Of a stretch of DNA of 64,000 nucleotides, positions 33,934 to 45,180 are shown piece by piece (position 1 is the first letter of the stretch; every line of letters starts with the position of its first letter). Source of the stretch: Thalia democratica (taxonomy: Eukaryota). Position numbers and translations under genes: made by a program. The DNA lies in assembly GCA_965202585.1 (NCBI GenBank), contig OZ241829.1, positions 33,852,001 through 33,916,000 on the forward strand. The letters run 5' to 3'. The notes beneath the pieces are model-generated. The model was not told the DNA's origin. It searched no databases and saw nothing but the letters and a program-made list of their open reading frames with translations.

Positions 33934-36900
33934 TCAAACTGCCACCACCGACCCGCCGTTGTCCAGAAAACTTTCGTTGTACGGGGGTGGGGACCTCAGG
34001 TCAAACTGGCCCTGCCCCTGCGCACCCGGCATCACCCTGGCCCTCTCGTCAGCGGTCCGGTTGAGCGGGGTGACGAGGCGCGTCAGCTGGCCCCGCTCCA
34101 CCCCCTGCGCGCTCAGGTCCATGCGCGAGTGCCCTCTAGTGGCTGCCACGCTCTGTATAGGCAGCAGCGTGACTTGGGACGGGATGCCGTGGCTCGGCTG
34201 CTGGTACTGGTACTTTTTCGAGTCGCGCCGCCGCCGCTTCGAGTAGACCCGGTAGCCGACCAGGATGCAGACGAGGACGAAGATGACCACGCCGGCTCCG
34301 ACCACGATGCCCAGCACCATCTGGCTCTTGTCCTTGGTCTCTTTCTGGCCGCCCTTGTCGTCCCCGGCTGAAATGTTCTCAACGTTCCGGTCGATGTTCT
34401 GGTTCTTGTCCTCCCGATGGCGGTAGTTGTTCACGCCGGCTTTCTCCGACTTTCTCTTTTGGTCGTCTGCAAAAAAAGAAACGATTTCGTTTGTATGATA
34501 AGGCTGTTTGACTGTAAACAAGAGTTTAACTTTTTGCCGGTTAATGGTTTTGCTTAGAAATTAAAAATTAAATTAATATTTTCGGCATTGCCGAGCGCAA
34601 CTTTGATTTTTGAAAACTAGCTGACCGTAGAGAGTACACAAATTAAATTACCGTTTATTTTGTTATTTTGGCCCGAGTTGTGCTGGTTTTCGCTCGCACC
34701 TCTATCAGTGTTGTAGATGTTTTCGTGATTGTCCAAGACGTTATCGGTTTTCTTAACTTCTTCTAAAAATAAAGTATGATTTAAGATAAATATTATTTTG
34801 TTATAACCAAAAGAAAGAGGCAAATATCTAGCAAGCAAAAATGTCAATCAGGAGCTGAAAAAAATAACTGCTTTCGGGGCTTGTTTATAATTAAGTATTA
34901 AGTTTAATCAAACTGAACTTGGTTCTGTTTGCTAGTACTCCGCATACCGCGCTATCATTACCGATATTGCATGAGTAATGCGATTTCAAATCCATCATTT
35001 CTCGTTTTGCTTTATGACACTTTATAGCCGCTCATCTTTTCTTCAAGTGCATTTGCGAAATTGCGGATAAAATTGCACTTATGTGCATAAGCGAACGTTA
35101 TTTATTCAAGTGTTTCGGTAGTATCAGATATCAGCCGAGACGATTTATCATAAGTGAAAGACTTCAGGTATTCACACGGTGCTAATAAAAATGGTTAACA
35201 AAAGAAGTATCGATGATGTTGCAAGTATTCATTTTATTTGATACTCAATTTAGTTTACGTTAAATGCATAAATAGAATTGCTTTAAGAAAATATAGCTTT
35301 TGGCGCTTCTGATAACTGTGTTCATAAGGTAAAGTTATTTTAAACAAATAAAACTTTTTTTCAGATAAATCAAATAAAACAAAAAAAAAGCAAGTGTTTT
35401 TTACATGACTTTTAAAACCTGAGCTGTATAATTAAGGCTGAATAAATATGTTTAAGCAAAATATTAGCTTTACTTTTTCACTGAAATTTCGAAAAATGAC
35501 TGAAAACCGTTTTAGATACAAATTTAAATGAGAAGCTAAAAAAATAATACTAACTTATTTGTATAAATTGTTTTAAAAATTACCGCACTACTTGAAAAAG
35601 TCAGTAAGCCATAAAGCTAAAAAGCTTGAAAGTTATTAAACTAATTAAATAACAATTACAAGCGACCTTAAGGCGTAACTTATATTTATTTGCTAACTAT
35701 ATAGCAGCTTTCATCACTCAGTACACTTAAGACGTCATGCAAAGATAAAAAATTATTAACAATTAACAGATACCATTATTGCTTTTCAGAAATGTTATAA
35801 TTAGCTTGTCTGTATTTTACGGGATGGTTATGTCACATATAGAAAAGGAATTTAAATTTATTAAATTTTAGAAATAAAATTTTTTATGCGATGCATAGTA
35901 GTGTTATTTGCTTATTGCATAAACGTAACTTGTAAAAAATGCAATGAAACACCTACGTAATTAATTTTTTATGAGAAATAATATAAATACCATTTAAAAC
36001 TTAATGGGTGACATCAAATTGCTCAATTACCTTTGACTGTGTTTCACTCAAAATTCTGCAAATAAACAAAAACCGCTAATTATAAAGTCATCAACTTAAA
36101 ATATTTTTTAGATAACTCACAGTCTACCATATTAAGAATAAAATATAGGAAAAAAAGTACTTAAAGAAAAGTTTTATTTCAAGCACACTTAAAACATCTA
36201 TTTAAAGTTGTGTACACATTAACTGTACACGGTTTGTACAAATATTTCTTTTTATTATTCCAACAGGCATAAACAAAACTGCAGATTTCAAAATCACCGA
36301 TCACAACTTTCACTCACCATCGAACCGGTCCTGAAACTTCGTGTGGACGCGGACTTGAACTCTCATGTTGTGGGTGACGCACGACCCGCCCTGACGCTGG
36401 TTCAGACCTTCCCGGCTCCCGTCCGACGTGGCTGAATAATTATTTGCTACAATAATTTTTTTTTTTTATTAGGAAATACAAAAGTTTCGAGAACTTTAAA
36501 AGCAAATTGCGATGCAACCGTACAAAACAAAATTAGCACACGAAATTTTTTCGTTGAAAGTTGAATGCTTTTTGTTTGTTTGTGTTCGCTACAGCGCAAA
36601 ATTCATTTGGTTTTATCAAAATAAACACGAGCCATTTCGGGGTTATTTTAGTGCTTTTCATAAACAAAGTGGTGATTGATAAGTAAAATAAATCTAAAAA
36701 TAATTATTCTTTTTTTGTAAACAAAGTATATTTTTATTAGTTATAAAAAAAACTTAATTTTTAAGTTTATTGTGATACATCTTTCTAAGTACAACTTTTA
36801 ACGAGAATGTCTTTTTATATGAAAATTAATTTCTAAATTGAATTTAATGTAATTTAATAATTGACTATCATCGCTATATCGAAAAAAATTTAATACAAGC

Positions 36901-39900
36901 CAACAAGTTTTACGTTTACAACGGATCTCTAAAGACGCCAACACATTTATTATTTTACATCAAACCCTCCATAAATAGTTTTTCTTATCATGAGCATTGA
37001 TGTTTAAAGCTTAAACCGTACGGAAAATCGAAGCTAATGATTTTAATTAGCCGGAGCATCGGTAAACCTTCGAAAATCGCTGCAGACAACAGCTCATTAA
37101 TATTTAATACGGGCAGCAACCAACTCTCCATGCTGCATTTCCAATCAAGCTTGACATTTGTTTGCGACACTGCACTTGCTACGTGACTTTTTGAATAACA
37201 CAAATAAAGTTCATATCAGTGTAAATAGTAGATTTGGTGTGTTTCTTGACACAATAAAGTGTCCTGTGTGTGTGTGTACCGTGTGAGTGTTGGAGCAAAT
37301 GTGAAATTTGAAGTTTCGCTGAGATTGTCACGTCTCCGGATGTGCAAGCCATGGTCGCTTAACCTCATTAACAACAAATAGTAAGTTTTGTATTACAATA
37401 GTTTTTATACTTGCCCTGTGCGCTGATCCAGTAACAGGAAATTTAAACTAGTAATAAAGATTTTATATATGAAAAAGTACTTAAAAATTGTGAAAGTCAC
37501 CTTGCGTTATGTAAACAATTTGTTATTCAATTTAAACATTAAGTTTTCTGTTATTATTTCAGATAATACCTTGATTAAACTTAGTTTTGTACCTTTCAAT
37601 TATACGTAAAATGCTACCACAAAATTCGAGAAGCCTGCTTTTGCCTACCTGCCTCAACAAGAGCTTTCGCCTCATGATTTACGATGCACGACGTACTTTC
37701 ATGGCATCACATAAGCAGCTACCACCGTAGAAACAAAGTGGTGGCTCGAACTCAAAAGCGTTTCAGCTCTGCAAACAACCCGTTATCAATCACTTAGACT
37801 TCTCGGCATGACTTTCAGCGCGCATCACGTTCAAAATAAACAGCTACCTTATCGTCGGTAAGTGCTTGAGCAAACACAAAATTATAGGGCTTGATTGACT
37901 GCTGGGCAAATATTATGGCCCTCGATGAATGGGTATTTGTGTAATTTAATGATAGATTGACTGCCGTGAGTGACGTTGCGAGCACAAAAGTCGAAACAAT
38001 AATTGACATTGTGAGAAAATTTTTAAAGTTTGCTATTGAATTCAATTTGAAAAGTGCCTGTGCTGTTTTCGTTTTTGCAATGCAAACCGTCTTGTAACTT
38101 TCAAAACTTGAAGTTATTCTGCTCTCTTTTGTTGTTTTCATAAAAACACCCATGAAAAAACTAACAATGCGTAATGAAAATAAATCGGTGACAACTTTAT
38201 TACATTACCCTCCAGCATGTTGATTGCGCAGACAGACGTTGCAAATGTCAGGGCCCAGTCGTAAAACGCAATCAATACTGTTTAAAGTTTCAGCGCTGAA
38301 GTAACGGCGAAATTGCAGCTTTCAAAGGTACTCGCAGTCACGGTTGAACGGCCACACTCGAGATAGCGAGACGATTACGTTGCCAAGCCGGCAGAAGCAA
38401 ACAAAAATTAAGCTTCGCAAGGATATAGTCATTTTCAGTGTGCAAGTTTTGTAAATCATTTTGTGAGGTTTATTTCTTATACTAGACTCTCCCTAATCAT
38501 GATTTCAACGTTTTTTAAGGTATGAAGCTTAATGAACTGTTGAGTAAAAAAGCACTACTAAAGCACTACTTTTGAGTTTAGCTTAACTTAAACTTGTTGG
38601 ACAAAGCTTTTCTTAATGTCGCTTGGACAGTTGTTTAAATGAAAAAAACAAAAACTATGTTTTCAATAAATCATCAAAAACAGCATTGTTGTTTGATACG
38701 CTGCTCCAGTGCCAAAAAGATTATTCAAATTTAATTAAGCTAAGTCGAAACTCATCCGCAAATAACTTTTCAAGTTATTTTCATGCCCTTTCAGAGCAGC
38801 ATTCATGGTTGTGTGTGAGAGATGCAGAAAGGAAACGTCAAATTAAACAGATGACATTACCGTCGGCCGTCTCGCGGCAATTTTCTGCTACCAGCAAAAA
38901 GGGAAGCGCAGTAGTCGTCGTTTTTATTGTAAACAACAAGCATAACGTGCATTTTAAACTAATCTTTTTATGCCCACACCGCACAAAAAACATGCATTAG
39001 AGATTACGCAAGCTTACGGCCCAATAAAGTGTTCTCTGCCACTGCTAGTCTGAACCCGAGCCTTTGTTCTGGTTTGAAAGCCAAACAATAGACCTTGTTA
39101 AAAACAATTTCGAAGTTTAGACTTTTGGAAACGAATGTCAGCGCTAACTATGAGCAATAAAAGTAGCAATAAAACACGGTTATTAATTATTAAAAGTTGT
39201 ATTTTTCGATTGCAATCTTTGATGAACAGATACTGTCAAACTAAAAAAGTCAAGAAAGTATTTGCGGAAAACATTGCAAATTCATATGCTTTAAACAAAC
39301 ATCGAAAAATCCAAGTAGTTTAAAAATGGCCAAACTAATAAGAAAAATGTTTTGTTTGTATAAAATTTCAAGTTACTTTAGAGCGCAACAAAGCGTAATT
39401 ACCTACAGTATTCTAATTTCTTTAATGCTCATTTGAATGTAATATAACACAACTTCGTGTGTCATTAATCATAATAAACTTACTGTCCAACTTTTAGCGT
39501 TCGTTTAATACATAGCACGTACTGAAAAATACATTTTTTTGCTATCAAATTTTTTTTAGCTATGAAGTTGAACAATTTTTAAACTAAGTTCTTTAATTAG
39601 AATTTCCTGTTTTTTTTTTTGAAAGCTACCTTAAAGTTCTAAAAAAATCAAACTAACAAATGATGTAATACGTTTTGTCTGCTTCGAATTCCAGCGCCCA
39701 CGGTGAAGGCGAAATTTCTTGAAAGTAGAAAGTGTACTTCTTTTCGAACATGGGCGACTCACAAGTGATCAACCTCCTGCCATTAGAAGCGTTGCACGTC
39801 TTGTAACTGTGCTGGTCCACCAGGTAGATCTTGTAGTACCAGTTAGCCTGGTTGTAGTCGAGATCCCTCGTTTTAAGCGGGCAAATTATGTCCAGCTTGT

Positions 39901-42900
39901 CCTCGAGCTCAACGTCTACTGATAAATCGTGCATTTTGAACCTAATGAAAAAAAACAAATTATTTTTTTCTGTTGTAAAATTAACTCATTGATATAAACA
40001 TTCCACACTTTTGTGATGTTACGTTAGTTTAGGTTTAAAATAGCTAAAACTTGTACATAAAATGTGTAGACTAGCATTCGAATAAAAGTGTTTTTATTTG
40101 GTTTTTACAACCATGTACATTGTACAATGTTCGTTTAATCATATAAAATGGTAGTCTATACATAATTGAAATAAGCTAAATACATAAATTCGTATTTTCA
40201 AAAATGTTCAAAAGTTTAAACATTAGATTTTTAAGCAAACATATTTTGGTATTTATCATGGTAGAAGACATAGACATACTTTATAGTTTTTCAAAACCAA
40301 ATATTAATTTCATAAAACTGCTTTTTGATAAATAAAGAGGTCAAGGCAGCAATTACTTTTAAATTTAGACTCGTTTCATTAAAATTCCTTTAATATAGTG
40401 TTTTTGTCAAAATAATCGCAAGCATCACAAGTTTTGGCCATTTATTAAAATTTTGCTTGTAAAAACATGTTTGCAGTTTTTTCTTCTACTAGCAACTTTA
40501 GAAGCTAAAAAAAGCCTCTTAGTAGTTTGAAGCAATAACAACAAGCGAAGAGATACAAATCTAAATTTACTTTCATCGCGATTTATTTCTTTGATAAAAA
40601 ACGTGGGCTGCCTCTGCACCAGTCTTATTAGCGTGATGTCGGCGGAGCTTATCTCAGCAGCGAACATTTAGCGGATGACAAGTAGAAAGTTAATATTTCT
40701 GGCTTTTCATTCAAATTTGACTTGCGCAGTAGCTTTTTATCGCAAAGGTTCATTTGGGGCGGTTTGACAAGACAGCCATGGCTTTGTTTGTCCGACAGTT
40801 TTATTTTGTGAAATTTTATTTTTGTTTTTCAAGTGATTATTCAATTACAAGTCAGCATACTATAAATCTGTTAATTTTATTAAACTCGAGTATACTTATA
40901 AAAGGTTGTGATTATGTTACGAAGAAATGGATAATACTTTTTAGATGTTAGTATTAAGTTATATAAGACAGCTTTATTTTAAATAAAAAACTCTTTGCGT
41001 GTTACTGAAACTGCATATTTTGTAGTAATTTATTTTTTAATTTATAACTTGAGTAATTATTGCATTTTATTTGTATAAAATTCTAATTATAGTGCAAAAT
41101 AGCAAATTAAATATAGTTTATATACGTTTTCAAACTTTTATTTCAAGCTTGATAAGTATATTAAACTTAAATATCAGTATAGAAATGAAAATATTTCAAG
41201 TAGATAAGATCTCAATGAGTTGATAATATTTATTTAATTGTTTTCATTAGTCATTATTTTCTGATAAACTGCGGCAAAGTAGCTTTTTCTTTTTAAAAAT
41301 ATTTTTTGGATGAGGCTTTTTATCAGGTATAAAATCAAAATTGCTTATTAAAGTATTTATACAATACTAGTATAATAGCTTTTTGTTTCTACGAATTTTT
41401 TTTTTCTAAAGGTTTGAAAAAATAAACACAAAAATACGCATTTCAAGTTAATATAGTATAAAATTGATATAAAACAAATCTTGTAATGAGTATAAAAACA
41501 AAAAAAAAATTAAAGTACTTTACTATTAGTAATATTTTGGTGTACCAGAAACTCATTAAAATCAACAAAAAAACTTTAATGAAAACCTATAAAGTTCTGC
41601 TGATGTTTTAGTGTTATATACGACATTTTAGTTATACTATCAATTACAACCTGGTATATTCAATAAATAAAATTTTATATTTAAAATACTAAAAATTTTT
41701 ATTTAAAGCTACTCTGTTATATACTATTATAAAGCGCATTTATAAAAAATTTAACAGTATTTTTATTAAACTTGTTGTTAAGTCTTAAGTTTAGTCATTT
41801 GAAAAAGAAATGTGTTGCTTATAATAACTATCTGTAATTGTTGGACCTAAATAATAAATTAGAAACATTTAAAAAATTTGCTTTATATTCAAATAAAATT
41901 AATAAAGCTGTTTCAAAACTTAAAGTAATTATTTTAATGAGATGTGCCGTTAGGCTAAATACTTCAAACCTGATATCAGTTTTCTACTACTATAAAAGCT
42001 TTATTTAAGTAAAATTCTGCTTAAGTGTTTTATTAAAGAGTTAAAAAGGTATCGATAACAAACAGCAGATGCTTCTATTTTGGAAATAACTACTTCACAA
42101 CATAAAACGCTAAAATAAAAAGCTTTCTTGTACTTATATTATTTCCGTTCACAACAACGGTGTTTATACAACGAAGGGCCCAGCCGAGCTAGCAGTCTGC
42201 ATATTACCAGAGATAAGAGTATTACGGTTATTCACCGTACGCAATATCTAGGCGTTTCGGTCGAAATAATTGTTGGTGTAAACCAGATTAGCATTGTTAA
42301 TTAAGAAATCGTGATGAAAAGCTGAAGTTTAATGCCGGGCCTTGACAAATTGATTTCGTATTTCAATGCCAACACTGCCAACCGGGCAAGAACATTAAGA
42401 GCAAGCAAGAAAGATTATTTTTTGTGCATTTCAGCGCGCTGACAATGGCCTCATACAGCTACAGCAGCAGTCGTTTTAATAATCATAATCTGGAGCTTAC
42501 GCCGACCCGTAATAGCGCGTTCTGACTAATGAACTCCGCTTTTTGTGTTTTCGGATTACAAAACCGTTCGCTTCTTTTTTGTCGAAACGCTTTTCGAGGC
42601 TCAGCTTGACAAAGAAGCGAGATAATTAAAGTAGCGCTTTTGAAACTTCAGAACAAAGTTCTCCGTGGCATGAAAAGTTTTTCTTGTAACAACAAAAAAT
42701 AATTTTGCACCGTTTTAGTACATTTTAGCGTTTTAGTATAATTTATACGTTTTAGTACTCTGTGTTGTGTATTGCTTGTTTAAAGGACTTTTAGTGTTCC
42801 GTATTAAAACTTATCGATACGATTATTTGCTCTTGGAGCGGCTAAGATGCAATCTGTTCGTACCCATTACGTATCAAGTTCAATGTCTGACAATGCGGCC

Positions 42901-44463
42901 GAAAATATAAAAAGATTAAGCAAAGACCTTCCGCCTATGATAAGGGAAGAGCGAAAGCTTTAAGAATAGCGAAAAGGAAACAGCCAATATGCTGATATAA
43001 AATCTCGTTATCAGAAACCAACATAATGTACAAGCTAGAGTTTTTTCTCTCGTTCAAGAAATGAGTAATCGTAATTACATATACATCTAATCTTTTTAAT
43101 TTTATTGTGTGCTCGTGCAGTGCACGAGATAGAAGTTGATACTTAAAATATGTTTAAAAAGCTGATGAACTTCTGGGAAAAATTAGTATTTTGTTTAATA
43201 ACCCTTGTCTTTATGACTCAGTTTCTTTAGCATACTAAATTTTACCTTTAAGAAAAGTCGAAACGTACACTGAATGACTTTAAACCCATAAAAAGTTCTT
43301 GGCATTGAATATGACCTCAACTTAAAAAGCAGACCAAGTAATTTGCCACACAGAAGCGGTCATCAGGCATCCACGCCAATCAGCCCGCTCGCTTCAGACG
43401 TGACAAACCACCTCACAGCTCAGACAAAAGACCGCGCCCCTCCCACCCAATCAAGACCCGATATATGGGCGCGCCAGTCCGGGTGACCCCTGCCAAGTGA
43501 TCTGGCGTGGCCCCCTTCGACGATGATGGGGTTGGGGGCGCATCAGGTGTCAAGTATGATTGATGGCCGCGCCGTTGGCAGCCGCTCTCAGTTTTATTGT
43601 TTTAGCAACGGCAGCCCGCGCTTCCTTTGAAAGTACATTAAAAGAAAAACTTAAACAATTTTTTTTTGTTGGCAAAAACTCGCTGGCGTTGTGTTTGTTG
43701 TTGTTTGCAAAAGCAAAATCGCAAAAAAAAACGTTTTAAACACAGAAAAGGCGTCTTGCTTCAGCGACGCACGTTTGCTTTAAATTGCGGCGGGGAACGT
43801 TGCCATGGCAGCGAGTCTCATTGTTTCCCCGCCGTCTCATTTTTCCCTGCTGGCTTCTGTACATTCACCGTTGATCCGGCGTTGACAGGCGGCCTTTACA
43901 TTAGCAACATCCTCGCTCGACACGTGATGATATCGCGCGAGGCTAAGTGCCTCGATATTTGCAGTTGAATGGAAGGGATTTTTTCTTAATGAAAATAGAA
44001 AAACTGCTACTTTTTCGCCCGACTTTTGTTATTGTCGGTGCCGCAGAACGGCAAATTGGCATTGTTACGGGCTTTAGCCGCTAACAAAAGTGAATTGGTT
44101 CGGTTTAATAAGAAATGCTAATTAAAAGAATGATTGATCAGTTACAAAAAAAATTAATGATGTATTTAAGCAACTAAAATAAAAATCGTTTACAAAAAGT
44201 TAATAAAAATGCACTTAAATTTTCAATAAAAGTTTGAAGATTAGGTTAACACAACTTTATCAACCAAATAATATTACTTTTAAAAAGTTTGAAAAAAGCA
44301 TACACGCCTAAAAGTTAGTAATAACTTCAGATATAAAAAAAACTAACTTCGAATTGCTGCTGTTCCAATATATTGGCTCCAAAACTTTTCCATCTACGAC
44401 AGATTTTCCGTCCATACAAGAAATAATAACACTTAGACTTAACAAAGAGTAATAAATATCCAT
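33934..44463 (-). CDS. EFNB: Ephrin-B (transmembrane ephrin), 5 exons, 385 aa
   Basis: Exons 44348-44463 (signal peptide plus VLEPIYWNSSNSK, as in vertebrate EFNB2), 39658-39941 (DKLDIICP..YKIYLV..CNASNGRRLITC..KKYTFYFQEISPSPWALEFEADKTYYII), 36318-36431 (TSDGSREGLNQRQGGSCVTHNMRV), 34652-34762, 33934-34466 (TM segment MVLGIVVGAGVVIFVLVCILVGY, basic stop-transfer KRRRR, C-terminal VAV). All introns GT-AG, phases 2,1,1,1, total 1158 nt. Confidence 0.95.
43350..43630. promoter_or_regulatory. GC/CpG-rich promoter- or enhancer-like element in ephrin-B intron 1
   Basis: Non-coding GC-rich island with CCAAT at 43376 and 43447, GC box at 43432-43444, AGGTGTCA at 43545 and TGATTGAT at 43557. Confidence 0.5.
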
Positions 44464-44739
44464 ATTTGTTGTCAAGTTTTCAATGTTTTTCGAATATTAG
44501 ACTTTTAAATGTTATCTTTAAATAATCATTCTATATTTAAATATCAGTTTACTATTGTAACAACTAAGTCTAATAGCTTAAAATAAAAACATATTTAAGT
44601 TTTAAAGTGTTGTCTGCTTATCAAATTAGTCTAGTAAAACGCAAAAACGAATCAAACATTGCTTTTATACTTTTATTCCTACTACAATTTAAACTTTCAA
44701 AAATAAAAAATAGCCTGCTAATGTTAAAATCCATCAAAC

Positions 44740-45180
44740 TTCTATTCTGCTCTGCATGGAAGTGCTGACAACAAAGCACGCTGAAAACTCATACTAAACT
44801 TGCCAAAATTCATTAGCAAAGCATCCTTAAGCATCTCTCTTTCTACCCGAAAAATCTGTTCACAATAACGTTTGAACTGGTGCCAAGGTTCAAGAAAGCA
44901 GAGCAAGCGCGGCGCATAGGAAAGCTTGCTGTGCAGGATGCGAGCTTGCCAGGTAAATAAGTCGGCGCTGGCCGAGAAGCCGACCAAAAGAGAAAAGAGA
45001 CGGTGGAGAAAAAGAAGCTTGCGGCCGCTGGGTGGCGTTGCAGCGGCGGCGACGCAACTCGAATGAGCGCCGAAGCTTTGGTGAACCCCGTCTTGTTTGT
45101 TTGCAATTAAGTGTTTTGAATAAAAAACGATGATGCATTTGAAGTTGTGGGTAGTAGAAAAGTAAGGCAAGCTCGGTTTA
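44740..45180 (-). promoter_or_regulatory. CpG-rich region upstream of the ephrin-B ATG (probable promoter or 5' UTR)
   Basis: CpG-dense, non-homologous stretch 280-720 bp upstream of ATG 44463, flanked by very AT-rich DNA. Confidence 0.45.

Noticed and set aside
33895-34382. Overlapping ORFs 33895-34371, 33959-34246 and 34113-34382
   Set aside because: Shadows of GC-rich ephrin-B exon 5; no recognisable protein features.
37815-39000. 112-aa and 125-aa ORFs in ephrin-B intron 2
   Set aside because: No domain motifs or codon bias; a few ORFs of this length are expected by chance in moderately GC-rich DNA.
44742-45170. 142-aa and nested ORFs upstream of ephrin-B
   Set aside because: No homology, and high local GC explains the open frames; treated as promoter or 5' UTR.
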